64,000 nucleotides of DNA. Source: a bacterium (GTDB lineage: Bacteria; Patescibacteriota; Minisyncoccia; Phycocordibacterales; CALRBL01). Below are positions 8,715 through 17,678 of the stretch, piece after piece. The notes beneath the pieces are model-generated. The model worked only from the letters and a program-made list of their open reading frames with translations. It did no database searches and was not told the DNA's origin. The stretch is from positions 4,468 to 68,467 of the forward strand of contig JAIYEG010000006.1 in NCBI GenBank assembly GCA_027487075.1. Direction: 5' to 3'. The position numbers were made by a program, and so were the translations under genes. Position 1 is the stretch's first letter. The number at the start of each line of letters is the position of its first letter.

Positions 8715-9785
8715 ATGAACGATTACAACTTTATCGCTCGCCACTTTCCCGCACCAGACGTACTCGATGTGCCGTATGTTGGTATCGACGTGTCTCCATC
8801 CGCTGTGCGTCTCATGGAAATCATCGATGTGCCATCACGCAAAGTTGGTGTGTATGCCGAAGCTCCGCTCTCGACACCGTTTCTCATCACAGAAGGCGAC
8901 AATAAAGAAGTAAAAGATATTCTCAAAAAGTGGAAAAAAGATTTTAAACTCCAATACATCAAAGCTTCTATTCCTGAAGAAAAAGCGTACTTGTTTGATA
9001 CCGAAATAGAATTTGGAGATGAAGAAAAAATGCGCACTGCTATCGAATTTTCTCTCGAAGAGCACGTTCCTCTCAAGGGTTCTGAGGTGATTTTCGATTA
9101 TCGTCTTGTGGGGGAGAGTCCTAAAAAAGGGTTTATTAATGTTGCGGTGACGGTGCTTCCTAGTGAAGTAGTGTATCGCTACGCTGATCTTTTTGAGGAG
9201 TGCGAGCTTACCCCGATCTCATTTCTTATCGAAGCCCAAGCGGTGTCACGCGCGCTCATTAGGCGAGGAGATAAAGGAACGTATCTTATTGTGAACATTC
9301 GTCACACTCGCACAGGCGTGTTTATTGTAAGTAATGGGGCGGTGCAGTTTACCTCGACACTTCAACTTGGTTCATATGATTTTACGAAGAGTATTATGGC
9401 TAAGTTGGGAGTAAACGATGAAGATGCAAAACAAAAGAAACATACGCTTGGTTTTGTAAAGTCGAAGGAAAATGATGTGCTTGATGCAATGCTTCCAACC
9501 GCACTCGAATTTAAAAAAGAAATTGAGAAGGTGTATATCTACTGGAGTAAGCACAAAAGTGCAACAGGTGAGGCAACACCGATTCAAAAAGTAATTGTGT
9601 CAGGAAGTGAGGCAATTACCCCAGGATTTAAAGAGTTTGCGAGTCAAATGCTGAAAGTGGAAGTTGAGATAGCGAATGTATGGAACAATCTCGCTTCGTT
9701 TGATGAATATGTCCCACCGCTTCCCTTAGCACAAGCACTTAATTTTGGAGCTGCTATCGGGCTCGCCCTTCCAGAAAAAGAATAA
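8715..9785 (+). CDS. pilM: Type IV pilus assembly protein PilM
   Basis: Actin-like VGIDVSPSAVR, EHVPL..SEVIFDY, C-terminal AAIGLAL. Confidence 0.88.
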   Translation: MNDYNFIARHFPAPDVLDVPYVGIDVSPSAVRLMEIIDVPSRKVGVYAEAPLSTPFLITEGDNKEVKDILKKWKKDFKLQYIKASIPEEKAYLFDTEIEFGDEEKMRTAIEFSLEEHVPLKGSEVIFDYRLVGESPKKGFINVAVTVLPSEVVYRYADLFEECELTPISFLIEAQAVSRALIRRGDKGTYLIVNIRHTRTGVFIVSNGAVQFTSTLQLGSYDFTKSIMAKLGVNDEDAKQKKHTLGFVKSKENDVLDAMLPTALEFKKEIEKVYIYWSKHKSATGEATPIQKVIVSGSEAITPGFKEFASQMLKVEVEIANVWNNLASFDEYVPPLPLAQALNFGAAIGLALPEKE

Positions 9786-9786
9786 T

Positions 9787-10320
9787 ATGCTCAACCTTCT
9801 ACCAGAACAAGCAAAAAAAAGATTTATTCTCGCCTATCGCTTTAAGTTTGCCATTATGTGTGCGGTATTTCTTTGTATGCTTCTCATCTCTGCCGTGGTA
9901 GGTTTGCTGCCTTCGTACCTCAATATGCGAGTGCAGGCAGAACGCAATCGAGAGCAGGCTGAACAGAAAAAGCAGACCAGTGGACCAAGTATTGAACAAG
10001 CTGAAGCTCGTGTGGGGGCAAATAAAGTACTCGCACAGTATCTTGTGGATCGAGTCAGTGTACTTGAGAAGGCTCCCACACTTTCGCTTCTTACCAAGAC
10101 AATCTTTGACGTGGCGGGGTCAGCTGTTGTTATTGAGGGGATAGAACTCACGGGTACCATTCTGACGATACGAGGAGAAGCGGCAACACGAGAAGAACTT
10201 ATTTCGTTCCACCAGCGACTCAAGAAGCAACAATACTTTGAGACAGCACTTCTTCCTATATCCGATCTTGCACAGAGTATTAAGCCACGCTTTAGTATTC
10301 AAATCGTTTTACCACAATGA
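9787..10320 (+). CDS. PilN-like protein
   Basis: MLNLLP N-terminal PilN motif, TM, follows pilM. Confidence 0.75.
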   Translation: MLNLLPEQAKKRFILAYRFKFAIMCAVFLCMLLISAVVGLLPSYLNMRVQAERNREQAEQKKQTSGPSIEQAEARVGANKVLAQYLVDRVSVLEKAPTLSLLTKTIFDVAGSAVVIEGIELTGTILTIRGEAATREELISFHQRLKKQQYFETALLPISDLAQSIKPRFSIQIVLPQ

Positions 10321-10841
10321 AGAAAAATATACCCTTTTACATCACTACACTCACTATCCTTACGGTGGTTGCCGGCGTGCTTTTTTATGGATATATGTAT
10401 TTTTATACTGAGCTTACGGCAATCAGTAATGAGCAAAATGTACAGCAGACAAAAGCACAAAGCGCTGAGGCAATTCTTGCCCGTGAAAATGAGTATGCAA
10501 AAAAACTCGCAGGTTACTTTGTAAAAGAAGGTGATGAAGCAAGCTTCTTGGGTAAGGTTGAACGTTATTGTAATCAGATTGATCTCGCATGTTCAATACA
10601 ATCTCTCGATGAGACCGCCGAAGAATCAGGACGTACAAAGTTATTACATGTCTCCATTGCTGCTGATGGTTCACTCGAAAAACAAAATGAGCTTATTTCA
10701 CACCTCGAATCTTTTGAATATCCTCTTACCATCACCGAGGTATCAATAAATAGCATCAAAACCATCACCGCAAGCTCGACAACTCAAACATGGAAGGGAG
10801 CTTATAGTGTTAACGCCCCCGTTCTTATCGGTCAACAATAA
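10317..10841 (+). CDS. PilO-like protein
   Basis: TM, coiled coil and globular domain; position in pilMNO order. Confidence 0.6.
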   Translation: MKKNIPFYITTLTILTVVAGVLFYGYMYFYTELTAISNEQNVQQTKAQSAEAILARENEYAKKLAGYFVKEGDEASFLGKVERYCNQIDLACSIQSLDETAEESGRTKLLHVSIAADGSLEKQNELISHLESFEYPLTITEVSINSIKTITASSTTQTWKGAYSVNAPVLIGQQ

Positions 10842-10846
10842 ATTAT

Positions 10847-11113
10847 ATGAATATCAACCTTTCGCTTTTCAAGAAAAAGAAAAATACCATTCCCACCCAT
10901 TTATCGTGGAACCCCATTCATCCACGTCGTGATTGGCACCTCCTCCTTGGAGTGTCCACGATCATTTTTCTTGCCATTGTTGCATGGAGCGCCTATCTGT
11001 TTGTGACCATACAGGCGACCGAAAAACTACAGACGGAAGCTCAGCCGACTCAACAAGATGAGGTAGGAAACAAACTCAAGACCATTGAGGCGCACTTCGA
11101 GAAGCGTAGCTAA
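10847..11113 (+). CDS. Small single-TM protein ending the pil operon
   Basis: PRRDW followed by TM; operonic spacing. Confidence 0.6.
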   Translation: MNINLSLFKKKKNTIPTHLSWNPIHPRRDWHLLLGVSTIIFLAIVAWSAYLFVTIQATEKLQTEAQPTQQDEVGNKLKTIEAHFEKRS

Positions 11114-11149
11114 GTGTGTTAGTATGCCCGTGTAGACACTGTCTACCAT

Positions 11150-11221
11150 GCCCCTGTAGTTCAATGGATAGAACTGCGGACTTCTAAGCCGTCAATCTAG
11201 GTTCGATTCCTAGCGGGGGCA
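11150..11221 (+). tRNA. tRNA-Arg(UCU)
   Basis: Cloverleaf; anticodon loop CTTCTAA. Confidence 0.92.
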
Positions 11222-11372
11222 CAAGCCAAGAAATCCAAACCGCTTTGGATTTCGCTGGACTTGTGCCGGCCGGAGCGCGACGGCGCGAGGTGGGGTCGCG
11301 GACATTTTTAGTAAAAAATGATCCGTGACCACAAGTTAAATCTTCAAACAGGGTACTGATCCTGTAAGGATC
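11222..11372 (+). repeat. Composite tRNA trailer: hairpin, family I core (copy F, 11275-11330) and family II motif (11345-11372)
   Basis: GCGC-GACG-GCGC GAG..GGTCGCGGA CATTTTT-AGTA-AAAAATG ATCCGTGACC; CAAACAGGGTACTGATCCT-GTA-AGGATC. Confidence 0.75.
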
Positions 11373-11426
11373 GATATATTGATAAAAAACATCTTTTACG
11401 CTACAGTGAGTCGGTCAGTCTAAGAA

Positions 11427-11499
11427 GGGCGATTAGCTCAGTTGGTAGAGCAACCCGTTTACACCGGGAAGGTCATAGGTTCGAGTCCTGTATCGCCCA
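11427..11499 (+). tRNA. tRNA-Val(UAC)
   Basis: Cloverleaf; anticodon loop TTTACAC. Confidence 0.95.
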
Positions 11500-11502
11500 C
11501 AA

Positions 11503-12226
11503 ATGAACAGCGAGAGCGTGGAATTTTTTTTCAAACGAAGAAGAGAATTTTTATGAAATTCAAGAAGAATGTCGCAGATTTTATACCGAGCTGACAGAAT
11601 CGTTTTTGGAGGATCCGCAACATCTTGTTGGTTCGGGTAACATTGCCGAAGTTCACTTTCACCCGGCAAACCCACGATTCTGTATAAAAATTATCTCAAA
11701 TCAAACGATAGTAAAGGGAGTAGATCAAAACTACTGCTCTTTGGCTGAGGAAGCTCGATTTTTAAATGATGCCGCAAGAGTAAAAGGTCCCGCACGTGTA
11801 CCTCGACCGTATCTTTCGGTGGTGTTGAAACAGGAAGATACCACACTTGATCCTGATGATGTTGGTCTTCAAATATTGATAATGGAAAGATTGGATGCTG
11901 TTTCAATTAAAGACGTGCTTGAAGGTATAGAAGATATCCCTGAGGGTTTTGATGTGGATGCTTATTTCGAAAATTTAAGAACGTACATTGAGAAAGTTCA
12001 GAATGAAGCACGCATCTACCACCGGGATCTTCATGCAGGAAATATCATGGTAGGTAAAAATAACACGGCTTTTGTGATTGATTTTGGTTCAGCTATTAAA
12101 GCCTCAAGTGAAGAAGATTCATGGCCTACAAATGTGTACGGTGAAAGAAAGAAAATCCCTTCAGATGTTGCAAAGCTTAACTCGACTGAAAAAGAGTTAA
12201 GAAAAATGCTTGGTTTGACCAGATAA
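11503..12226 (+). CDS. Protein kinase-like (Hanks/RIO-type fold); 5' end frameshifted at a T8 run
   Basis: VGSGNIAEV, CIKII, HRDLHAGNIMV, IDFG; ATG 11503 joins the kinase frame if one T of 11524-11531 is removed. Confidence 0.8.
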
Positions 12227-12251
12227 GAGGGAAAAGGTATTCTGTTTTCAT

Positions 12252-12488
12252 ATGGAAACTCGTCACGCAGGTTCTTTTGAGTTCTCCGATGACTTTACGC
12301 ATAAATTGCAGACTGCTGCGGAAGAAATGTCTTCGAAGGGTCTGGATGAATTCCAGCTTTCGACTGATGAAGGTCAGTTGTTGCTTGTGCGAATAGATTC
12401 GGAGGCTTATTTTCACAGAAAAGCCAATCCCATGATGGCTCCTTTTCAAGATGCCGAGGGAAACAACTTCATCATTTTTTACGAATAA
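12252..12488 (+). CDS. Small hypothetical protein
   Basis: 78-aa acidic ORF followed by a terminator. Confidence 0.55.
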   Translation: METRHAGSFEFSDDFTHKLQTAAEEMSSKGLDEFQLSTDEGQLLLVRIDSEAYFHRKANPMMAPFQDAEGNNFIIFYE

Positions 12489-12497
12489 AGTGAAGTC

Positions 12498-12576
12498 AAT
12501 CAGTCGCTCCCCAAGGGGCGACTGATTTTTGCAAAGTAAAACCACTGGTTCGCTGGGGGGCCAGCGAACCAGTGGT
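12498..12576. terminator. Pair of convergent terminator hairpins
   Basis: AATCAGTCGC..GCGACTGATTTTT and perfect 16-bp inverted repeat ACCACTGGTTCGCTGG-GGGG-CCAGCGAACCAGTGGT. Confidence 0.7.
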
Positions 12577-12606
12577 CAATTGGTGCGGGGAGGTCTCTAG
12601 AAGAGC

Positions 12607-12795
12607 TTATTCATGTATCGCCGCCCGCCGCCGTCGGGGTCGCGGGTTGGGACGTAGGAATGAGCTCAAGCTTAGAAGATCTTGACCAGGGAGTCTTTGG
12701 TCTCGATTTCCTTCGGGGATTGCTCGGGTAGCGCAAAGTCCGAGTCCGGCTAATACACTTGTTTCCAGTGGCTGCTGTTGCTGCTGCTTTCTCAT
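12607..12795 (-). CDS. Small basic hypothetical protein
   Basis: TTGACA upstream, hairpin downstream; Q-rich N-terminus, R-rich C-terminus. Confidence 0.35.
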   Translation of the reverse strand: MRKQQQQQPLETSVLAGLGLCATRAIPEGNRDQRLPGQDLLSLSSFLRPNPRPRRRRAAIHE

Positions 12796-12899
12796 ACGAT
12801 TTCTATTGCTTGTTTACTGCGGGCGAATTTGCCCACTACCACACATTGTGATAGATTCGATGTCAAATCTATCATGCGACATTTTATCAATCAACTTTT

Positions 12900-13637
12900 A
12901 TGAATATTCCTCTCCTCTTCGAATCATCTGACATCATCGCTATCAACAAGCCTGCTGGCTTGGTTGTTCACAGTGACGGACGAACTGACGAGAAGACTTT
13001 GGTGGATTGGATTATGAAGCACTATCCTCATGCTGTTGATGTCGGAGAACCCATTACGCTTACCGATGGTGGCATAATTCATCGCCCTGGCATTGTGCAT
13101 CGTCTCGATCGCGACACTTCTGGAGTAATGCTTATCGCACTCACTCAGGCTGGTTTCAATCATCTCAAGCTCCAGTTTCAGGATCGTGTGACGGACAAGA
13201 AGTACCATGCGTTTGTGTACGGCATCATGAAAGAAGATGATGGAGTGATCGATCGTCCTATCACGCGCTCACGCAAAGACTTCCGTTTGTGGTCGGCACA
13301 ACGTGGCGGGCGAGGGGAAGGGCGTGATGCGGTGACACATTATAAGGTGCTGGCTCGTCATGAGGCGAAAAGTGGTCTAGCTATCGATGGAATCACCCTC
13401 ATCGAGGCTTCTCCTAAAACCGGCCGTACCCACCAAATCCGTGTACACATGAAGGCCATTAACCACCCTGTAGTAGCAGACCCGCTCTATGCGCCCAAGA
13501 AAAAGCCTGTTCTTGGCTTCAAGCGACTTGCCCTCCATGCCCGCGAAATCACCTTTGAAGACCTTGAAGGCACCCCCGTAACCGTCCAAGCACCCTATCC
13601 AGACGACTTTGAAGTTGCTCTTTCTCGCATCGTATGA
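12900..13637 (+). CDS. RluA/RluD-family pseudouridine synthase
   Basis: INKPAGLVVH, GIVHRLDRDTSG, TGRTHQIRVH. Confidence 0.95.
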   Translation: MNIPLLFESSDIIAINKPAGLVVHSDGRTDEKTLVDWIMKHYPHAVDVGEPITLTDGGIIHRPGIVHRLDRDTSGVMLIALTQAGFNHLKLQFQDRVTDKKYHAFVYGIMKEDDGVIDRPITRSRKDFRLWSAQRGGRGEGRDAVTHYKVLARHEAKSGLAIDGITLIEASPKTGRTHQIRVHMKAINHPVVADPLYAPKKKPVLGFKRLALHAREITFEDLEGTPVTVQAPYPDDFEVALSRIV

Positions 13638-13665
13638 TAGAGTCGGTTCTACCTAATTCATATAT

Positions 13666-14091
13666 ATGGCGGCAAAACCAAAGAAAGAAGAACACGTAAA
13701 AGCAATCAAACTCAACGAAATTAACCTCGATGAGCGTAAAGCGCTTGCATTCCGTTCAGGTGACACCGTAAAAGTGCACCAGATTATTCACGAAAAAGGC
13801 AAAGTTCGCCTTCAGGTATTCGAAGGACTTGTACTTGCTCGTAAGCATGGCACCGAAGCGGGAGCTACCTTCACTGTACGTAAGGTGACCGAAAGCGTAG
13901 GAGTAGAACGTATCTTCCCCCTCTACTCTCCCATGATCGACAAGATCGAAGTCGTACGTAGCGCAAAAGTACGTCGCTCAAAGCTCTACTACATCCGTGA
14001 TAAAGCTGCTAAGGAAATCAGCCGTCAGATGCGCAACATCAAGGTTGCCAAAGCTCCTGTTGCTGCCACCGAAGAAGTAGCCGCTGAATAA
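13666..14091 (+). CDS. rplS: 50S ribosomal protein L19
   Basis: FRSGDTVKVH, GVERIFPLYSP, KVRRSKLYYIR. Confidence 0.97.
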   Translation: MAAKPKKEEHVKAIKLNEINLDERKALAFRSGDTVKVHQIIHEKGKVRLQVFEGLVLARKHGTEAGATFTVRKVTESVGVERIFPLYSPMIDKIEVVRSAKVRRSKLYYIRDKAAKEISRQMRNIKVAKAPVAATEEVAAE

Positions 14092-14096
14092 CATCT

Positions 14097-14546
14097 ATGA
14101 AGGACTTTCTGCTTCTCGCAGGACTTCTTCTCGCTCTCATCCTTGGTCTTATCATTCTCAATAAAAACTCGTATCGAGGAGTTGATACGGTCTTTCCTCG
14201 TCCCATTGAAGAAGTAGAAAACTCTCGTGATGATAAAACAATCGTCCTTAAGCTCCGAGAGCAAGTGACGTTTAATGATGTGATAATCGAACCGTGGGCA
14301 GTCACTGAAGATAGTCGATGTCCTCAAGATGTACAGTGTATCCAAGCGGGGCGGGTCAAGGTAGCGATTAATGTGCTGGATAAGAACAGCATATTCGTTC
14401 GCACTGCCGAGCTTGAACTTGGTGTGCCCCTCACCGTGAATGATGTCACCATCATTCTTACAAAAGTCACCCCCAATCCCATTTCAACCGCAAAAATTAT
14501 CGACGATCAATACCGATTCACCTTTGATTTCGTTGCGGTGAAATAA
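14097..14546 (+). CDS. Exported hypothetical protein
   Basis: Signal/TM segment; EDSRCPQDVQCIQAG motif. Confidence 0.75.
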   Translation: MKDFLLLAGLLLALILGLIILNKNSYRGVDTVFPRPIEEVENSRDDKTIVLKLREQVTFNDVIIEPWAVTEDSRCPQDVQCIQAGRVKVAINVLDKNSIFVRTAELELGVPLTVNDVTIILTKVTPNPISTAKIIDDQYRFTFDFVAVK

Positions 14547-14587
14547 GTTGAATTTAAAAGAAGTTTAGCCTATACTGGCTTCCACAT

Positions 14588-14671
14588 GCGCAGGTGTTGA
14601 AACTGGTAGACAAGCACCCTTGAGGTGGGTGTGCCTTAACCGGCGTGGAGGTTCAAGTCCTCTCCTGCGCA
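14588..14671 (+). tRNA. tRNA-Leu(GAG)
   Basis: Long variable arm; CACCC-TTGAGGT-GGGTG. Confidence 0.95.
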
Positions 14672-14830
14672 CAAACAAAAGAAATCCCGCAAGGGATTTT
14701 TTTGTTTGTGCGCAGAGCAAGCACCAAGGTGCTTGCGTGAGAGGACTTGAAGCCTGTTTGAGCATGTTGTACGAGCGAAGCGAAGTAGAACATCCAAACA
14801 GGGTACAGGTCCTGTAAGGACCAAGTCCTT
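14672..14830 (+). repeat. tRNA-trailer element family II with an inverted copy of the tRNA-Leu 3' end
   Basis: GTTTGTGCGCAG and GAGAGGACTTGAA are complementary to 14652-14676; CCAAACAGGGTACAGGTCCT-GTA-AGGACC. Confidence 0.8.
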
Positions 14831-14974
14831 TACATTGACTTATTAATTCAAGTATTGTATTTTCCCTTAAAAGTTCCTTGACTTTAGATTGTTGAGTTTG
14901 GAAGAAAGACCGTAATTGACCTGCAGACATTGTGTCTAGCGGATTATGTGCTTTCACCCCAAACTCAACACATC

Positions 14975-15271
14975 ATGCTAAGTATTGATTCAACCTCAGT
15001 TGCACCCTTTCGGGTCGGCGACCAAGTGGTCTGGAATGAACGATGGAACCCAGTATACATATCGAAATATAAAGCGATGTGGGGAGAGGGTCCCTTCGTC
15101 ATCGTTTCGGTTGTGCTCAAGAAGAACTCTTGCTCCTATGCGGTGAAGGTCAAAATGGGTCGATGGTATCTCTACGCACAAATGCCTAGGGATTGTCGTC
15201 CAGATATCCCTGTTGATCATTTGCGTGAGTGGCAACCAATCTATTTCGTCAAACATCAAGCGGACGAATGA
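14975..15271 (+). CDS. Hypothetical protein
   Basis: ORF with FRVGDQVVW (SH3-like start) and a downstream hairpin; start uncertain. Confidence 0.45.
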   Translation: MLSIDSTSVAPFRVGDQVVWNERWNPVYISKYKAMWGEGPFVIVSVVLKKNSCSYAVKVKMGRWYLYAQMPRDCRPDIPVDHLREWQPIYFVKHQADE

Positions 15272-15324
15272 TCACGCCTGTTCATGCTGCAAAGAGCGCT
15301 TCACCTTCGGGTGTTGCGCTTTTT

Positions 15325-15834
15325 TTATTTATTCACCATCACAAACCGAAACTCCTTCTCGCTCCACTTCGCACCCGCATATTCCACACCAATTCGTTTC
15401 GACGCACGTATCTTCGGTTTCACTCCCTTGTCCCTCGGCTCAAACCACAACCCCGTTTCAACTCCTGCTTTCTTCCCATTAAATTTCATATCAATCTCAA
15501 GCGCTCGCCCTACACGCCCCGGACCCTTCACTCCCTCAACTCCACGAATCAACACCGCAGCAGGGTACTCGGCTTTTTCAGTCACCACGTTCAACAAATA
15601 GTACATCCCATAAATCAAATACACATACAGTGTCCCAGGCTCTGCAAACATTACTTCAGTCCGCTTTGTTTGTCCTTTCGACGCATGCGACGCTAAGTCG
15701 TGCGGACCGATATATGCTTCGGTTTCGGTGATCAGGTAGCGTTTGGTGGTGCGTCCTATGTTTCTGACGATATAACAACCTATAAGTTCCTCAGCAACGC
15801 GCAATGTTTTCTTCGAAAAGTCAGGAGATTTCAT
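15325..15834 (-). CDS. DNA-3-methyladenine glycosylase (AAG/MPG type)
   Basis: ITETEAY, YVYLIYGMY, LNVV, AVLIRG, GPGR. Confidence 0.93.
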   Translation of the reverse strand: MKSPDFSKKTLRVAEELIGCYIVRNIGRTTKRYLITETEAYIGPHDLASHASKGQTKRTEVMFAEPGTLYVYLIYGMYYLLNVVTEKAEYPAAVLIRGVEGVKGPGRVGRALEIDMKFNGKKAGVETGLWFEPRDKGVKPKIRASKRIGVEYAGAKWSEKEFRFVMVNK

Positions 15835-15868
15835 ATCACGCGCATTATATGCTATAAAGTCTGAACAT

Positions 15869-15941
15869 GGCGACTATGGTGTAACGGTTAACACTGGAGC
15901 TTGTGGAGCTCTCAATTCGGGTTCGATTCCCGATAGTCGCC
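15869..15941 (+). tRNA. tRNA-His(GUG)
   Basis: G-1/C73 pair; GGAGC-TTGTGGA-GCTCT. Confidence 0.95.
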
Positions 15942-15945
15942 CAAA

Positions 15946-16443
15946 ATGAAAAAGATTGCCGTCATAGGCTGTCCAGGCTCTGGTAAAACCACGTTAGTAA
16001 ATAAGATGGGTTCGATTCTTAATCTCCCTATATATCATCTCGACACCTACTATTGGCGAGAAGGGAGGAAAGAATGTTCTGAAGACGAATTTATGACGAT
16101 AATTGATGGTATCTTAAAAAAAGATACATGGATTATTGATGGAAACTTTATAAGAAATATCGAGTTTCGCGCACGCGCGGCAGATACTATTGTAGTGCTA
16201 GATTTTCCAAAAATAGTTGTTGTATGGAGAACAATTAAGCGGTACTTTCAATATTTTAATAAAGTAAGACCTGAAATGGGTGGGTATAATAAAGAAAAAC
16301 TTACATGGGGAAGTATGAAATTTATTTTAAATTTCCCGCGAGAACTCATGCTTAAAAAAGTGTATGACAATGCGCAGGGTAAAAATGTAGTAGTATTAAA
16401 AAACAGTTCAGACATTAAAAAATTTCTTAAAACACTATCATGA
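15946..16443 (+). CDS. Adenylate-kinase-like P-loop protein (topology modulation protein family)
   Basis: IAVIGCPGSGKTT, HLD, WIIDGNF. Confidence 0.85.
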   Translation: MKKIAVIGCPGSGKTTLVNKMGSILNLPIYHLDTYYWREGRKECSEDEFMTIIDGILKKDTWIIDGNFIRNIEFRARAADTIVVLDFPKIVVVWRTIKRYFQYFNKVRPEMGGYNKEKLTWGSMKFILNFPRELMLKKVYDNAQGKNVVVLKNSSDIKKFLKTLS

Positions 16444-16655
16444 CTGCAGAATCACATATCGACAATGTTGTAACAGTGGAACACGCACTCGCTCATATTG
16501 GATATGTTCGACAGAACATTGCACTTCTCGGACGAAATGATAATGAATTCGCTCGTCTCGACGAAATCCAGCAAAAGCTTGAAGCAGGGCAATGTACTCC
16601 GATAGAAGCAATTGATCTTGCAAATGAGGTAGAAGCAAGTAAGCAACAGCACTAA
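16440..16655 (+). CDS. Small hypothetical protein
   Basis: ATGA overlap with the upstream ORF; 71 aa. Confidence 0.6.
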   Translation: MTAESHIDNVVTVEHALAHIGYVRQNIALLGRNDNEFARLDEIQQKLEAGQCTPIEAIDLANEVEASKQQH

Positions 16656-16657
16656 AG

Positions 16658-17212
16658 CTACGCAATCTTTGTAAACACCTCTTCAATCTCCTTGTAAAGC
16701 GCCTCAATATCTCCGTTATTGTTCAGCACAAAATCTGCTTGTGCGATGCAGGCATTGATATTTTGTTTATGAGGATCCGTTGAGCTTGATTCACGTTTAT
16801 CTTGTTCGACAAAGGTGTCGAATGAAATATTGTCGGTGACACTTCCACGGAGCACGATGCGCTCATAGCGGACAGGGAGGTCGGCGGTGACAGCAAGAAG
16901 ATGGAAGTGGCCGATCTTGCGCAATGCCTCGACCTCACCGAGGGTGCGGATTGACTCAATGATGCAATTTTCGCCACGTTCTTTTGCCTCCTTGTAGAGC
17001 GCTTCGATGATGTAGCTTGGAGAGTGCTCTTCACGAAGGCTGTTTGATACGATGGCCATAGAGTCGCGATCGACGGGAAGTCCACGTTTCTCAACTTCGC
17101 GCGTGATGAATGAGCGTGCAGAGTAGTGTGTGAAGCCTTTGATGGTTTTGAGATAGTCGACGACGGTGCCTTTACCTGCGCCGATGTGACCTGTAATCCC
17201 AATAATAATCAT
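16658..17212 (-). CDS. P-loop kinase (dephospho-CoA/nucleotide kinase-like)
   Basis: IIGITGHIGAGKGT, ESIR, ADFVLNNNG. Confidence 0.8.
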   Translation of the reverse strand: MIIIGITGHIGAGKGTVVDYLKTIKGFTHYSARSFITREVEKRGLPVDRDSMAIVSNSLREEHSPSYIIEALYKEAKERGENCIIESIRTLGEVEALRKIGHFHLLAVTADLPVRYERIVLRGSVTDNISFDTFVEQDKRESSSTDPHKQNINACIAQADFVLNNNGDIEALYKEIEEVFTKIA

Positions 17213-17231
17213 GATATGGTTACTATATCCT

Positions 17232-17660
17232 ATGAAAATGATTTTCCAAAAATATGCATTGTTACTAGCTTGGATTCAGGCATTTGTTGGCATGATCGGG
17301 AGTCTCTTTTTTAGTTTGGTAATGCAGTTGCCTCCGTGTGATTTGTGTTGGTATCAGCGCATCGCCATGTATCCACTCATTATTATTCTTGGTCTCGGCA
17401 TTCTTCGTAAAGACAAGACAAGTCTTGATTATGCATTTCCCCTCGCCATTATCGGCTGGCTCATTGCGGTATATCACAACCTTTTGTATTACAACATTCT
17501 TCCTGAGGCGATGGCACCGTGCAAAGCAGGTGTTTCTTGCACCACAAAGTATATTGAGTGGTTCGGTTTTGTGACGATCCCTCTCCTTGCATGTATAGGG
17601 TTTAGTGTGATTCTCGTATGTCTCTACTTTGCAAAGAAAAAAAAAAAAAAAAAGGGATAA
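17232..17660 (+). CDS. Disulfide bond formation protein, DsbB/BdbC type
   Basis: GSLFFS, PCDLCWYQRIAMYP, second Cys pair; ends in an A17 run. Confidence 0.92.
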   Translation: MKMIFQKYALLLAWIQAFVGMIGSLFFSLVMQLPPCDLCWYQRIAMYPLIIILGLGILRKDKTSLDYAFPLAIIGWLIAVYHNLLYYNILPEAMAPCKAGVSCTTKYIEWFGFVTIPLLACIGFSVILVCLYFAKKKKKKKG

Positions 17661-17678
17661 GGGGCTATTATCGTAGGC

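Noticed and set aside
4114-16655. Prophage or integrative element at the tRNA genes
   Set aside because: No integrase, transposase or phage genes; only 7-9 nt matches to tRNA ends, too short to call att sites
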